Assembly (NCBI GenBank): GCA_963702415.1
Contig: CAVPCP010000008.1
Coordinates: 199,732-263,731 of the forward strand
Reading direction: 5' to 3'
From: an uncultured Bacteroidales bacterium
GTDB taxonomy: Bacteria; Bacteroidota; Bacteroidia; Bacteroidales; VadinHA17
DNA: 64,000 nucleotides
A model generated the notes under the pieces. It was not told the DNA's origin and searched no databases. It saw only the letters and a list, made by a program, of their open reading frames with translations. This document shows positions 1 through 9,329 of this stretch, piece by piece (position 1 is the first letter of the stretch; every line of letters starts with the position of its first letter). Position numbers and translations under genes: made by a program.

Positions 1-294
1 GCTACAATGCCAATGGATTTTGAGATGATTATTTCATCAAACCGACCACCATTAAGAGCTGTATTCCCTTTGTAGATTTGTAAATCATTGTAATTGTGTC
101 CATTTAATACCAAATTATCAAGTTGTTCAGAATAATTCAAATATTCATGATTTATGAAGATATCTGAATTATTAGCATTTCCTGAATCATAGAATACAGC
201 TTGTATTTCAATAGAATCAGAGGATAAACTCACAATATAATCGTCTACGCACGCACACATTGATAAGAATTTAATCTTATCGGTATGATTAATG

Positions 295-477
295 TTAGCC
301 GTCTGTCACAGTTAAGGTGTCCGTCTTATTTAAGCCGGTAATCATAATTTTATCCTGTAGCTTATATGGCATCCAATCGAGTATCTCTTTGTTGAATTCA
401 TCACAATTCTTATAACAACCGGCAATTAATGTTGTAAGAAGGGGAAATATTATAAATATCTTTAATGACAGCTTCAT
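295..477 (-). CDS. small putative lipoprotein; may be the 5' part of a frameshifted gene that stays open to the window edge
   Basis: N-terminus MKLSLKIFIIFPLLTTLIAGC has a signal peptide and lipobox Cys. A different minus-strand frame stays open from about 290 to position 1. Confidence 0.3.
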   Translation of the reverse strand: MKLSLKIFIIFPLLTTLIAGCYKNCDEFNKEILDWMPYKLQDKIMITGLNKTDTLTVTDG

Positions 478-1135
478 TGACTTGTACTTAAAATCATCAA
501 TCTGTTTAAGTAATTCAAGTTGCTAGTTGCTGGGTACTTGTTCCTGGTTAATTGCTGATTAATAGTGTGATACATTATTCCGTCTCCAATCAATCAAATT
601 TTTTTGCCTATTACTAATGCACATTTTCAAACAACTAGCAACCAGTACCCAGTAACTAACAACTTAGGTTAAGTAGTTGGTAGAAATAGGTTTAACGCCA
701 AACATTTACTTTAAATAAAGAAACAAACCAAAAATTATTTTTAAGTATTGTAATAATTCCATATTAACTTCTAAAATAGAATCCGGCATCAAGTAAGAGT
801 TTATTCCAACATCAAAACTAAGCAGAATAAGGACCAAAGTCAAGTTTATTTTGCAGGGGATTGCCTGGAAGGTAAGTCAGACCACAGGGGATTACCTGCT
901 CTTCAGGCTTAAACCATGATTGTGGATGATCCCTGCCAGGGAAGCTTTAAAAGCAGGCGGGATTAGTACATGCAAAGTAGAAAAATATTCACAGGTATTA
1001 TTATTTATTCCCGATAGTCAATTAACTTTAATATGAATTATTAAAGGCAGTCAGTCTGTATTACACCGCCCTGTATTTTAATACCCTTTTGTTAAATTCT
1101 TTTGTGACTGACGGGGCTGTGCTTACTTTGGCGCA

Positions 1136-1177
1136 GGGCAAAGGGCAAAGGGCAAGGGGCAAAGGGCAAAGGGCAGA
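1136..1177 (+). repeat. tandem heptamer repeat (GGGCAAA)x6 upstream of the recombinase locus
   Basis: gggcaaa gggcaaa gggcaag gggcaaa gggcaaa gggcaga, read directly. Confidence 0.95.
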
Positions 1178-1266
1178 AAATAAGCAAAAAAACAATCTTT
1201 TTTTTAGAAGGATAAGCAGATTATTATTATATTTATTATCTGTTTTCCCGTGCTAAGTCATATTTT

Positions 1267-1914
1267 ATGAAAAAGAAGGTTGCCCTGAAAAGGATCTTTC
1301 ATCGTGACAGATGGCGTATCGCCATTATATTCGATTATGATGCGAAGCTGAAGGAGATTGTCAGGTCGATAAGCGGATCTGCATTCAGCGGTACCAACAG
1401 GTGTTTTTATGTTGATGATTCGGAGGAGAATCTCAGGATTGTATTAAAAATGCTGAAAGATGATGCCGATATTGATATTTCGCAGATTGTTAAACAGGGT
1501 GAAGAGGAGCGGAAAGAGGCCGTTACGGAAAAGCCTGTGCCGGAAGTGATCAGGCAGGAGGTGATTTATCAAAAAGAATCTGAACCTGAATATCCTAACT
1601 ACAGGAATTCCGGTCCGGTGGAATTCAGGATAAGCGAGAATGAGGGACTCCTTGTAATAAAATTTCTGGGAAGGTATGACCCTGAGTGGATCGATGAGAT
1701 GATGACATATGGCAGATGCTATTACGACAAAAAGAGGAGGGAGTGGATGCTTCAGTGGTCGAAGCTTACATGTGATTCGCTGGCCGATTATTTTGCCGGG
1801 AAAAGGATTAAGGTAAATGTAAAGAAGCAGGTTGTAAGCAATGAGCTGATAGCGGAAAGGAAGGAGACAGGGGAGGAGATACAGGTCGAAGGAGATTGGG
1901 AAGAAGGCGCTTGA
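1267..1914 (+). CDS. N-terminal module of the recombinase locus, with two tandem beta-rich putative DNA-binding domains; ends at a TGA in frame with 1927-2745
   Basis: Two similar segments: HRDRWRIAIIFDYDAKLKEIVRSISGSAFSGTNRCFYV and LLVIKFLGRYDPEWIDEMMTYGRCYYDKKRREWML. Both ORFs are in the same frame (1927-1267=660). The TGA is at 1912-1914. Confidence 0.6.
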   Translation: MKKKVALKRIFHRDRWRIAIIFDYDAKLKEIVRSISGSAFSGTNRCFYVDDSEENLRIVLKMLKDDADIDISQIVKQGEEERKEAVTEKPVPEVIRQEVIYQKESEPEYPNYRNSGPVEFRISENEGLLVIKFLGRYDPEWIDEMMTYGRCYYDKKRREWMLQWSKLTCDSLADYFAGKRIKVNVKKQVVSNELIAERKETGEEIQVEGDWEEGA

Positions 1915-1926
1915 CGGGCTGATTCG

Positions 1927-2745
1927 ATGGCGATGTATCTTGACGAAAACCGTTACAGTCCAAGGACCAGGGAGTCATATCTTTCGATGCTTGAGTTTTT
2001 CTTCAGGTATTTCAGTCCAAAAGAACCATCGGAGATTACTGAGGATGAGATCTCGCGGTTCATTTATGACTTCATAATAAGGCTGGGTTATTCAGCGGCC
2101 TATCAGAACCAGATGGTATCGGCCATAAAGACCTATTATACAATTTCAGGGAAGGGAAAGGTAAATCCGGAGTTTTTTGAACGTCCGCGCAGGAGAAGGG
2201 CGCTTCCTAAGGTTTTTTCGAAGGAAGAAGTGAGCCAGATCCTGAATTCGGCCCGTAACATTAAGCACAAGATGTTATTATGGATGATATACTCATGCGG
2301 ATTAAGGAGGTCGGAGGTAACGAATATCAGGCTTACGGATCTTGACCGCGACAGGGGCATTCTGCATGTCAGGGAAGGCAAGGGAAAGGTTGACAGGATA
2401 GTACCGGTATCGGCGAAGGTATGGGAAAAGATAGATGAGTATACGCGGGGTTACCGGCCGAGGGAATATCTGTTTGAAGGTCAGACAGGAGGGAGGTATT
2501 CATCGGAGAGTGTGTACAGGGTTTTTAAGGATGCACTTTTAAAGGCTGGTATTCATAAGGATGTAGGGGTTCACTGTTTGCGTCACAGTTATGCGACGCA
2601 TCTTCACGAGAGCGGGTTGGACATAAGGTATATCCAGGAGTTACTGGGGCACAAGAGTACGAGGACGACGGAGATTTACACGCATGTAAGCCGGAGGAAT
2701 CTGATAGCGGTAAGGAGTCCGATTGAGGATCTGGATGTGAAGTAG
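1927..2745 (+). CDS. tyrosine site-specific recombinase, catalytic domain (Xer/IntI-related, without the IntI-specific extra domain)
   Basis: Catalytic signature: GLRRSE (Arg I), GKGKVDR (Lys), LRHSYATH (His-x-x-Arg), LLGHKSTRTTEIYTHV (His and the Tyr nucleophile). The C-terminal VRSPIEDL resembles the IntI VRSPLDAL tail. Only about 60 aa lie between KDR and LRHS, versus about 100 aa in IntI1. Confidence 0.9.
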   Translation: MAMYLDENRYSPRTRESYLSMLEFFFRYFSPKEPSEITEDEISRFIYDFIIRLGYSAAYQNQMVSAIKTYYTISGKGKVNPEFFERPRRRRALPKVFSKEEVSQILNSARNIKHKMLLWMIYSCGLRRSEVTNIRLTDLDRDRGILHVREGKGKVDRIVPVSAKVWEKIDEYTRGYRPREYLFEGQTGGRYSSESVYRVFKDALLKAGIHKDVGVHCLRHSYATHLHESGLDIRYIQELLGHKSTRTTEIYTHVSRRNLIAVRSPIEDLDVK

Positions 2746-2749
2746 CTAA

Positions 2750-2775
2750 GGGCGAAGGGCGGAGGGCGGAGGGCA
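2750..2775 (+). repeat. tandem heptamer repeat (GGGCGRA)x3-4 immediately downstream of the recombinase stop
   Basis: gggcgaa gggcgga gggcgga gggcac. Same orientation and G3 phasing as 1136-1177. Confidence 0.9.
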
Positions 2776-2890
2776 CTATCCTTTGCTAAAATTGCTTAAA
2801 AATCCGAGCGTTTTAGAAAGATACGGCTGGTAAAACTGGCTGGTGCTTCAAACGAAAAGTTAACAAAGGTATCATAAATTGTGATACCCT

Positions 2891-3412
2891 ATGAATATGA
2901 ATAAGTTACCTGTTTTAAGAGAAAGTGATATAGCAAGTTTAATTTACATCATCCGCGGAGAGAAGGTAATGCTTGATGCTGATATTGCAAGGCTATATAA
3001 TGCAGAAACAAGGATATTAAAGCAAGCAGTCAGGAGGAATTTGCCGAGGTTTCCGGATGATTTTATGTTCGAACTTAACAATCAAGAGTTTGGTATCTTG
3101 AGGTCACAATTTGTGACCTCAAGTTGGGGTGGTGTAAGGTATCTTCCTATGGCTTTTACAGAACAGGGTGTAGCCATGTTATCAAGTGTACTTCGTAGTG
3201 AAACAGCGGTTCAAGTCAATATAGCAATTTTGAGGATATTCGTAAAGTTGAGACAATTAATTCAGGGTCACAAAGATCTTTACGAGAAAATTGAGAAACT
3301 GGAGCAGAAATATGATGATCAATTCAAGATTGTATTTACTGCCTTACGACAAATGTTAAGGGAAAATAATGAACCCCGACAAAAAGTAGGTTTTAAGCTA
3401 TCCAATGAATAG
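2891..3412 (+). CDS. ORF6N-domain DNA-binding protein (KilA-N/Rha-like)
   Basis: IRGEKVMLDADIARLYNAETRILKQAVRRNLPRFPDDFMFEL...LRSQFVTS..GGVRYLPMAFTEQGVAMLSSVL matches the ORF6N domain pattern. Confidence 0.85.
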   Translation: MNMNKLPVLRESDIASLIYIIRGEKVMLDADIARLYNAETRILKQAVRRNLPRFPDDFMFELNNQEFGILRSQFVTSSWGGVRYLPMAFTEQGVAMLSSVLRSETAVQVNIAILRIFVKLRQLIQGHKDLYEKIEKLEQKYDDQFKIVFTALRQMLRENNEPRQKVGFKLSNE

Positions 3413-3518
3413 AATGTCTAAAATTTGGATGATGTAGAGAAAAGTTGTTCGGAGTAAAACATACTGCTATCTGCTCAAATGCAGGGAAATTCGTTAATTT
3501 TAATACTTCTATAAACAA

Positions 3519-3737
3519 GTTAGCACAAATATTTCAGTATGTGACGATTATGCCTTCGCGCTTTATTTAAAATATTTCGCCTTAATAAGATAGTTACTGC
3601 ACTTTTACCGGGACCTGCCATCACGCGACAGACAAAAAGCCCTCCCGCCGTCACCTGCCAGTCTCTGTTAATATATCAACAATGCTGCTTTTTATCGGGA
3701 CTCGCCCCTCGCTCGACGAATAAATACTTGTGCTAAC
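3519..3737 (+). repeat. type-C 215-bp cassette-leader element, copy 1 (starts the array)
   Basis: Begins GTTAGCACAAATATT and ends AATACTTGTGCTAAC (terminal inverted repeat). The interior is homologous to 49689-49903. Confidence 0.75.
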
Positions 3738-3833
3738 AGCTAAAATCCAAATAAATGTAACCGGACAGATTTGACTCATAACTTATTTAATTCTTATATT
3801 GTTTAAGAATTTGATTTCAGATAGAGACAATAC

Positions 3834-4550
3834 TTGGTTACAAAAATGACTGTAATGAAAAAACTCTTTCTCTTACTTTTTAGCCGGCTATTCTTATTCC
3901 TGTCATTTCAAATATTTATCGCTCTGTTTCTTAACTCATGGGAAGGATCAGTAAAATATTGGGCTCTCTCAGCTTCATTAGCAAACATTGTAGGGATTGT
4001 TCTTCTGGCTATATTATTTAATCAGGAAAACATTTCTTTTTTCTCCATATTCCGCTTCCAAAAAGGAAATTTGAAAGGTGATTTAATATGGTTTCTTATC
4101 CTTCTGCTGATAAGTGTACCAATTGCAATAATACCCAGTCTAGCTCTAAGTACATTGTTATGGGGGAATACTGAGTACTATCATCAGGTTTTATTTCAGT
4201 CATTAAATCGGACGTTGGTTTATTGCCTTCTCTTTGTATATCCTCTCACTACCGGATTGGCTGAATTGGCTACCTATTTTGGGTACATAATGCCTAGATT
4301 AAAAGGGTACTTTAAATCGCAATGGATTGTTATAGCACTACCGATTCTTGCCTTTTCTCTTCAACACTGTACACTACCTTTGGTTTTTGAAACAAAATTT
4401 ATTTTTTTCAGAGGAGTAATGTACCTGCTTTTTGCTTTCATTTATGGCATTGCATTATATAAGCGTCCTTCATTACTTCCCTGGCTTGCTATTCTGCAAA
4501 TACTTATTTACATCCTGCCAATGTCGACGCTACTAACCATAAGTCAGTAG
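3834..4550 (+). CDS. multi-pass membrane protein, weakly CPBP/CAAX-protease-like
   Basis: Several hydrophobic helices. The AELATYFGY and SLQHC motifs only loosely resemble CPBP motifs. The real start may be the ATG at 3846 or 3855. Confidence 0.5.
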   Translation: MVTKMTVMKKLFLLLFSRLFLFLSFQIFIALFLNSWEGSVKYWALSASLANIVGIVLLAILFNQENISFFSIFRFQKGNLKGDLIWFLILLLISVPIAIIPSLALSTLLWGNTEYYHQVLFQSLNRTLVYCLLFVYPLTTGLAELATYFGYIMPRLKGYFKSQWIVIALPILAFSLQHCTLPLVFETKFIFFRGVMYLLFAFIYGIALYKRPSLLPWLAILQILIYILPMSTLLTISQ

Positions 4551-4631
4551 AACAAATGTAGCTCAGCTTTTTTTACAATTAAATTACTAATCCTTTGATA
4601 ATTAATTTTTCACTAAACTAACAAAAACAAA

Positions 4632-5117
4632 ATGGACGAAAAAATTATTTGGAGTATCGGTTTCGTACTGGTTGTCATGATATTATGTTATGTAAAACCT
4701 AATATTGGCAGGATTTTCCTCGGGTTTTTCTATATAATTATGGCCTTAGGAGTTAACGCTGTACTTGCATTTACCAATCCACAGTCTATAGTTCAGATGG
4801 GAGAAAATTCTCTCATAGAATACTACAGGATTTTTTTCTCAAATGTAGTATCACTAGCCCCTATTCCATTTATCCTGGTTGTGGCAATATTTGAAATAAC
4901 AATGGGCTTATTGATTCTTAATAAGCACAGAAAAGTAAAAATGGGACTGATTGGCACAACAATCTTTTTATGCTTAATAACTCCGTTTGGTTTTATCCAG
5001 TTGCCATGGCTGGGAATCGCATTAATACAGTTATACTTAATGAGGAAGGACTTTGATAAAACATTTATTGAAATCATTGGAACAATTTTCATAAAGTCAA
5101 AAACTAAAACTGGCTGA
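4632..5117 (+). CDS. small integral membrane protein, unknown function
   Basis: 161 aa with about 4 hydrophobic helices. Second ORF of cassette 1. Confidence 0.5.
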   Translation: MDEKIIWSIGFVLVVMILCYVKPNIGRIFLGFFYIIMALGVNAVLAFTNPQSIVQMGENSLIEYYRIFFSNVVSLAPIPFILVVAIFEITMGLLILNKHRKVKMGLIGTTIFLCLITPFGFIQLPWLGIALIQLYLMRKDFDKTFIEIIGTIFIKSKTKTG

Positions 5118-5163
5118 CAAATAATCAATTGATAATCTTCGTCTTGACTAAATTAATACTTGT

Positions 5164-5438
5164 GCTAACACGGACGGTTGGGGTAATAAACTTGTCACAA
5201 TTTTTGCTCGCCACCTAGACAGCTTTATCTTGACAAATAACTTTTCAATCATCTATCAAACTCGTGATTTCGGCTCTGGACAGATCCAGCCATTGGACAA
5301 CTTTATCTTTCGCCGGGATTTGCAAAAATTGCGCCATACCCTCCTTGCACCGTGACAGCTTACCGGCTAAAGTATCAGGATCGTGACCGGATGCTGCGTC
5401 GGGTAACGTTTACTCCCTCAACCGCCGGGCCGTTATGG
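5164..5438 (+). repeat. mega-attC-like site 1 (275 bp, hybrid B/A)
   Basis: GCTAAC-ACGGAC-GGTTGGGG ... CCCTCAACC-GCCGGGCC-GTTATGG. The L-box pair is compensatory relative to the common AATATGGG/CCCATATT. Confidence 0.8.
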
Positions 5439-5629
5439 GCAAGCATGTGCCTGCACCCATTATTGTAAAATTACACACACTAATGAACCTAATCAAACAA
5501 CAATTGTTTTAAAACCAAAAATAAGGACTGAATGAAAAAGACGAACTTTATCGTCACAACTGGGTTAGAAGGCAAAGTCTAGCTGAAGCAATTGTTAAAA
5601 TAAAAATTAAACTAAAATCAAAAAAAACT

Positions 5630-6622
5630 ATGAAGGCACTTTCAGTAAAAATCAGGATTACAGTAACGGTTTTATTGATTACTATATTGGGAATAAGCGA
5701 ATCTTCTTTGGCCCAAAGCGGTGAAAAATTAAAAAAGAATGACATCACACCCATTGATTCAACATATTTCTCAAAAGATCGCCTCAAAGGTCGAGTCATC
5801 GTGATAACAGGTGGCGCAAGAGGCATCGGACGTGCCACAGCAATAAGAGCCGCCCGTGAAGGAGCGGCGGTTGTTATTGGCGATTGGCTGCCGGTGCAAG
5901 GTGAAGCCACCGCCCGGTATATCCGCAATGAGGGTGGCAAGGCTCTGTTTGTTAAAACTGATATTCGCAGTACAGAAGATTCCTACAACCTAATTGCCCA
6001 GACAGTGATTACATTTGGCAAAGTAGATGGTGCTGTCCTAAATGCCGGAGTAATGGACGGCACCTTCTCGGGAGACCCCTTCGATTACGACAAGCAGAAG
6101 GATTTATTGCCAGCACCGATTGACGCTGCCTCAGACAAATATTGGGACAACGTAATGGACGTAAACGTCACCGGAACATTCAAATCGATGCGTGCAGTAC
6201 TCAAACAACTTCTCATACAGGGTAATGGAGGTGCAATAGTAACTGTTGGATCAATTGCCGGACTGACTGGACTAGCTGGCAATCCAGCTTATGTGGCGAG
6301 CAAACATGCAGTGAACGGATTAACCAGAAATGCAGCAATCGATTATGCACCTTATGGCATCCGTGTTAACTCTGTAAATATGGCAGCTACCGAAACTCCA
6401 ATGACGGATAAAGCATTTGAGTATGTAAAAGAGGTAAAAAAACGCGGAATACAAGGTATGGGAGGAGCTAAAACAGAGAGCCTGCTAATGATGAATGACA
6501 GCCGACACCGCATGGCTACTGTATGGGAGCAGGCATCCGTTATCCTGTTCCTGCTTTCTGATGAAGCATCGAATCTGACAGGGGCACTTTATCCTACAGA
6601 TGGAGGTTGGACGTCATTCTAA
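5630..6622 (+). CDS. short-chain dehydrogenase/reductase (SDR) with an N-terminal signal-like extension
   Basis: TGGARGIG (the TGxxxGxG NAD(P) motif), NAG, and YVASKHAV (YxxxK). Confidence 0.9.
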   Translation: MKALSVKIRITVTVLLITILGISESSLAQSGEKLKKNDITPIDSTYFSKDRLKGRVIVITGGARGIGRATAIRAAREGAAVVIGDWLPVQGEATARYIRNEGGKALFVKTDIRSTEDSYNLIAQTVITFGKVDGAVLNAGVMDGTFSGDPFDYDKQKDLLPAPIDAASDKYWDNVMDVNVTGTFKSMRAVLKQLLIQGNGGAIVTVGSIAGLTGLAGNPAYVASKHAVNGLTRNAAIDYAPYGIRVNSVNMAATETPMTDKAFEYVKEVKKRGIQGMGGAKTESLLMMNDSRHRMATVWEQASVILFLLSDEASNLTGALYPTDGGWTSF

Positions 6623-6847
6623 CAGAATTAGAATGCGAATAGCAAAAGTATTTCTTCTCTTGCTTTGCCTTATGGCTGGCAATAATATTATTGCCCAGGT
6701 GAGTCAGGCTTTTTACGAAGGTGAACGAATTACTGCTGTAAATTACATTTTGAGAATCAACCTACAGACTCCCTGGCAGCGAGAAATATTGAACAGTCTG
6801 TAAAACGAGCATTTCCTGTTTTTCCGCAATCGACCATTCGCATCTTA

Positions 6848-8344
6848 TTGCTAGATGCATACACCAGCAAAGTGCAAAAACTGGAACAAATAGCCAGTGC
6901 CCAATACGAAGTGCGTCCATCTCAATTGGGTGGTATTGAAATTACACTTACCGTTGTTATAAGTGACAAGGCTAAAGAGCAAAAAAGCAAAAGTGGCTTA
7001 CTGGCAGGTGAAAAGGATTTTCCTGTGCTCTATCTGGATAATAAGTCGTTGCTAACGGTAAAGCTTGCAGCAGCAGAGATGATTTATACCAATAATAACG
7101 CATGGTATGCCAGAGAAGATACAATGCTTAGTGGAAACCCTTTGGCAAACAATCCGGCGGGTATTGGTTACACTGGTTGGGCAGAAGGTTGGCTCTCGGG
7201 TGGCTTATACGGAATTACAACCGTTTCAACAAAATATAATATGTATGTCTATGGCGGAGTCAGCTATATTGTAAGCGGCTCGGCAGGAAGGGAACTTTTC
7301 ACTGATCAGTCGCGAGTATATGGAGCCTTTGACGATGCTTATTTCGGATTTTTGGGAACAGCAAGCTACCCCTCCGGCAATAGGTTGACATACAATCTCT
7401 CAATTGGAAGGCAACAGTTCTCTGTTGGCAAAGGTTTTATCATCCGAAACACCGCTTCGAATGGCGACAACCGGGGTGCACTACAACTAAATCCGCGTTG
7501 GGCAGCGGATTATTTAGGCCTGGCGGGCATACGGTTTAATAACATCCTGCTGCAGGCCTTTCAGCTTGATCCTGACGAATTGGACGTTGTAGACTCACGA
7601 ACGATCTACCGAGGTATCAATGCCGAATGGGGAGACCTTTACTCCAATCAAGTTGGCATCATGTTTTTGGGTGTTCCACAGTCTTCGTTCAACTACTATA
7701 CCCCTGCAGGCGATGTTTTGGGAAGAGAAGGGCTGAGATTATATAATATTCGCTATTATGGCAGCAAGCCCCCTGGTGTTCCAGGTCTATTTTATAAAGG
7801 GGAACTAGCTTACCAGCAGAATGTCAATTTCAAAATGGCTGCTTTTGCCGGATACGGAGAGATAGGTTGGAATTTCGCTAAAAGCCCTGGCACTCCTGCC
7901 CTTCGTTACAGGTATGCATATTTCTCAGGCGATAACCCTGACACAGAGCGTTACGAGCGCTGGGATCCTCTTCTTACAGGGGGCAACGGAGAGGAGTGGG
8001 TGATTGGTGCCAATCATTTCAAAGTGGTTCAGAATAGCAATATGATAGTTCACCAGTTGCAGGCTAATATTCGGCCCTGGCCCAAAATCGAATTCGTTCC
8101 CCAGGCTCTTTATATGTACGCCGCACAAAACAATAATATTGGAGGAAACCCTGCTCTGGGGAATATGCCAAAAAAAGAATACGGAACTGAATTCAATATC
8201 AGCATAAAGTATTTTCAGTCAAGACGGTGGTACTGGCATGGTCATATAGCATATACAATCCCTGGTGCAGGCGTTCAGGAGGCTCTTGGCAATGATGGTA
8301 AACCGTGGTTAAGTGTAATGATGTTTTTCAGGTATGCACTATAG
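6848..8344 (+). CDS. putative outer-membrane beta-barrel protein (porin or alginate-export-like); N-terminus appears split off
   Basis: Alternating aromatic/Gly-rich pattern with a C-terminal ...MMFFRYAL. TTG start and no signal peptide. A signal-peptide ORF (MRIAKVFLLLLCLMAGNNIIAQ, about 6633-6803) lies just upstream in another frame. Confidence 0.45.
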   Translation: MLDAYTSKVQKLEQIASAQYEVRPSQLGGIEITLTVVISDKAKEQKSKSGLLAGEKDFPVLYLDNKSLLTVKLAAAEMIYTNNNAWYAREDTMLSGNPLANNPAGIGYTGWAEGWLSGGLYGITTVSTKYNMYVYGGVSYIVSGSAGRELFTDQSRVYGAFDDAYFGFLGTASYPSGNRLTYNLSIGRQQFSVGKGFIIRNTASNGDNRGALQLNPRWAADYLGLAGIRFNNILLQAFQLDPDELDVVDSRTIYRGINAEWGDLYSNQVGIMFLGVPQSSFNYYTPAGDVLGREGLRLYNIRYYGSKPPGVPGLFYKGELAYQQNVNFKMAAFAGYGEIGWNFAKSPGTPALRYRYAYFSGDNPDTERYERWDPLLTGGNGEEWVIGANHFKVVQNSNMIVHQLQANIRPWPKIEFVPQALYMYAAQNNNIGGNPALGNMPKKEYGTEFNISIKYFQSRRWYWHGHIAYTIPGAGVQEALGNDGKPWLSVMMFFRYAL

Positions 8345-8663
8345 TCTGGATTTAGTTCTGTTGTATTTATGCTAATACTCAATATAAGAGAGCTTTTTCA
8401 TTTTAAAAAAACATTATAATACCTTCTACCGCAAATTGTGGAAGGATTCTCTATCAAAGATTCATCAAAAACATTATTGACATTGAAAGGATTTCTTACA
8501 CTTGTACTAGAGTATGATCCTTGTAAAAAAGGCAGAAAAGAAACTATTAAATTAGAAATATTATCGATGCGAAAAGTTGATACATAAAGCGGAATTATTT
8601 ATAATTTGAGCATCTTAATAAGCGGACATCTAAAAAAGAATTCGATAACAAAAACAAAAGAAT

Positions 8664-9113
8664 ATGGAAAAGATACTTAAAATCGTAATTTCCACTTTAA
8701 TTATTCTCTTAACAGGAATAATGATTTATTCACTGTTGGAAATAATCCTAATTACCATAAGAACGATGATTTTTAAAAATGAAATTTTAAACTTTCTTAG
8801 TCCAACTATCAACAAAGAAAATTTCTTTATAGCATCAGTACAAGGCTTTATCTCGGCTGCCTTGTTAATAACGATACTTATTGAAATAATTGAATCCTTG
8901 CGTGAATACTTAAGAAAAAACAAGATCAACTACACAAAAGTGATAATTGAAATTGCAATTATTGCCGTAATAAGACACATTTTGATATTAGATTATGAAC
9001 ATGTAAGTTCTGGCTCGCTGATTGGCCTTTCATGCTTGATTTTGGTATTGGGATTATTTTATCTCGTTATGAACGACAAGATTATGCTTGGCAAAAAAAA
9101 TAATATTTCCTGA
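8664..9113 (+). CDS. PsiE-like small membrane protein
   Basis: 4 TM helices. IEIIESLREYL...VIIEIAIIAVIRHILILDYEH resembles the PsiE family core (YFEFIALIVKYF...ITAIVRLIIVDH). Confidence 0.5.
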   Translation: MEKILKIVISTLIILLTGIMIYSLLEIILITIRTMIFKNEILNFLSPTINKENFFIASVQGFISAALLITILIEIIESLREYLRKNKINYTKVIIEIAIIAVIRHILILDYEHVSSGSLIGLSCLILVLGLFYLVMNDKIMLGKKNNIS

Positions 9114-9329
9114 TCATGAAAACTTACAAACAAAGAATTATAAGAAAAGGATTGTTTGATGAGAAAAAAGCTTAGCCTAAAAATCACAAATTAAGAGCAA
9201 TCAAAGTCGATTTTATAAGACCAATCAACTATTTCCTTATCACATTTACAATATTCGTTTTAATCAAAATGTAAAAACTTGCATTCCGAGGCACTTTTCT
9301 ATCTCCAATAAAAATAAAAATGCCTAGCC

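Noticed and set aside
519-652. A possible large hairpin or attachment site upstream of the recombinase. TTGCTAGTTG+CTGGGTAC (520-537) faces CAACTAGCAA...GTACCCAG (632-652). A similar A-B...A'-B' pattern lies at about 853-955.
   Set aside because: The complementary blocks are in the same order on both sides, not mirrored, so they cannot form a simple hairpin. With only one instance I cannot assign a function.
1912-1914. A genome-wide TGA reassignment (code 4 or 25) to explain the in-frame TGA in the recombinase.
   Set aside because: TGA ends several well-supported ORFs here: 4632-5117, 8664-9113 and 42399-42890. A global recoding is therefore unlikely. A local readthrough or a nonsense mutation remains possible.
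1927-2745. Calling the recombinase a canonical integron integrase (IntI).
   Set aside because: The catalytic residues and the C-terminal tail fit. However, the region between the KDR strand and LRHS is too short to hold the IntI-specific additional domain, and the gene points toward the array rather than away from it. I call it only a tyrosine recombinase.
2136-2776. Antisense ORFs that overlap well-supported genes: 2136-2381(-), 2525-2776(-), 5554-5940(-), 6085-6282(-), 53822-54265(-), 28421-28690(-), and others.
   Set aside because: These are shadow ORFs opposite genes that carry clear domain signatures. None has a motif of its own.
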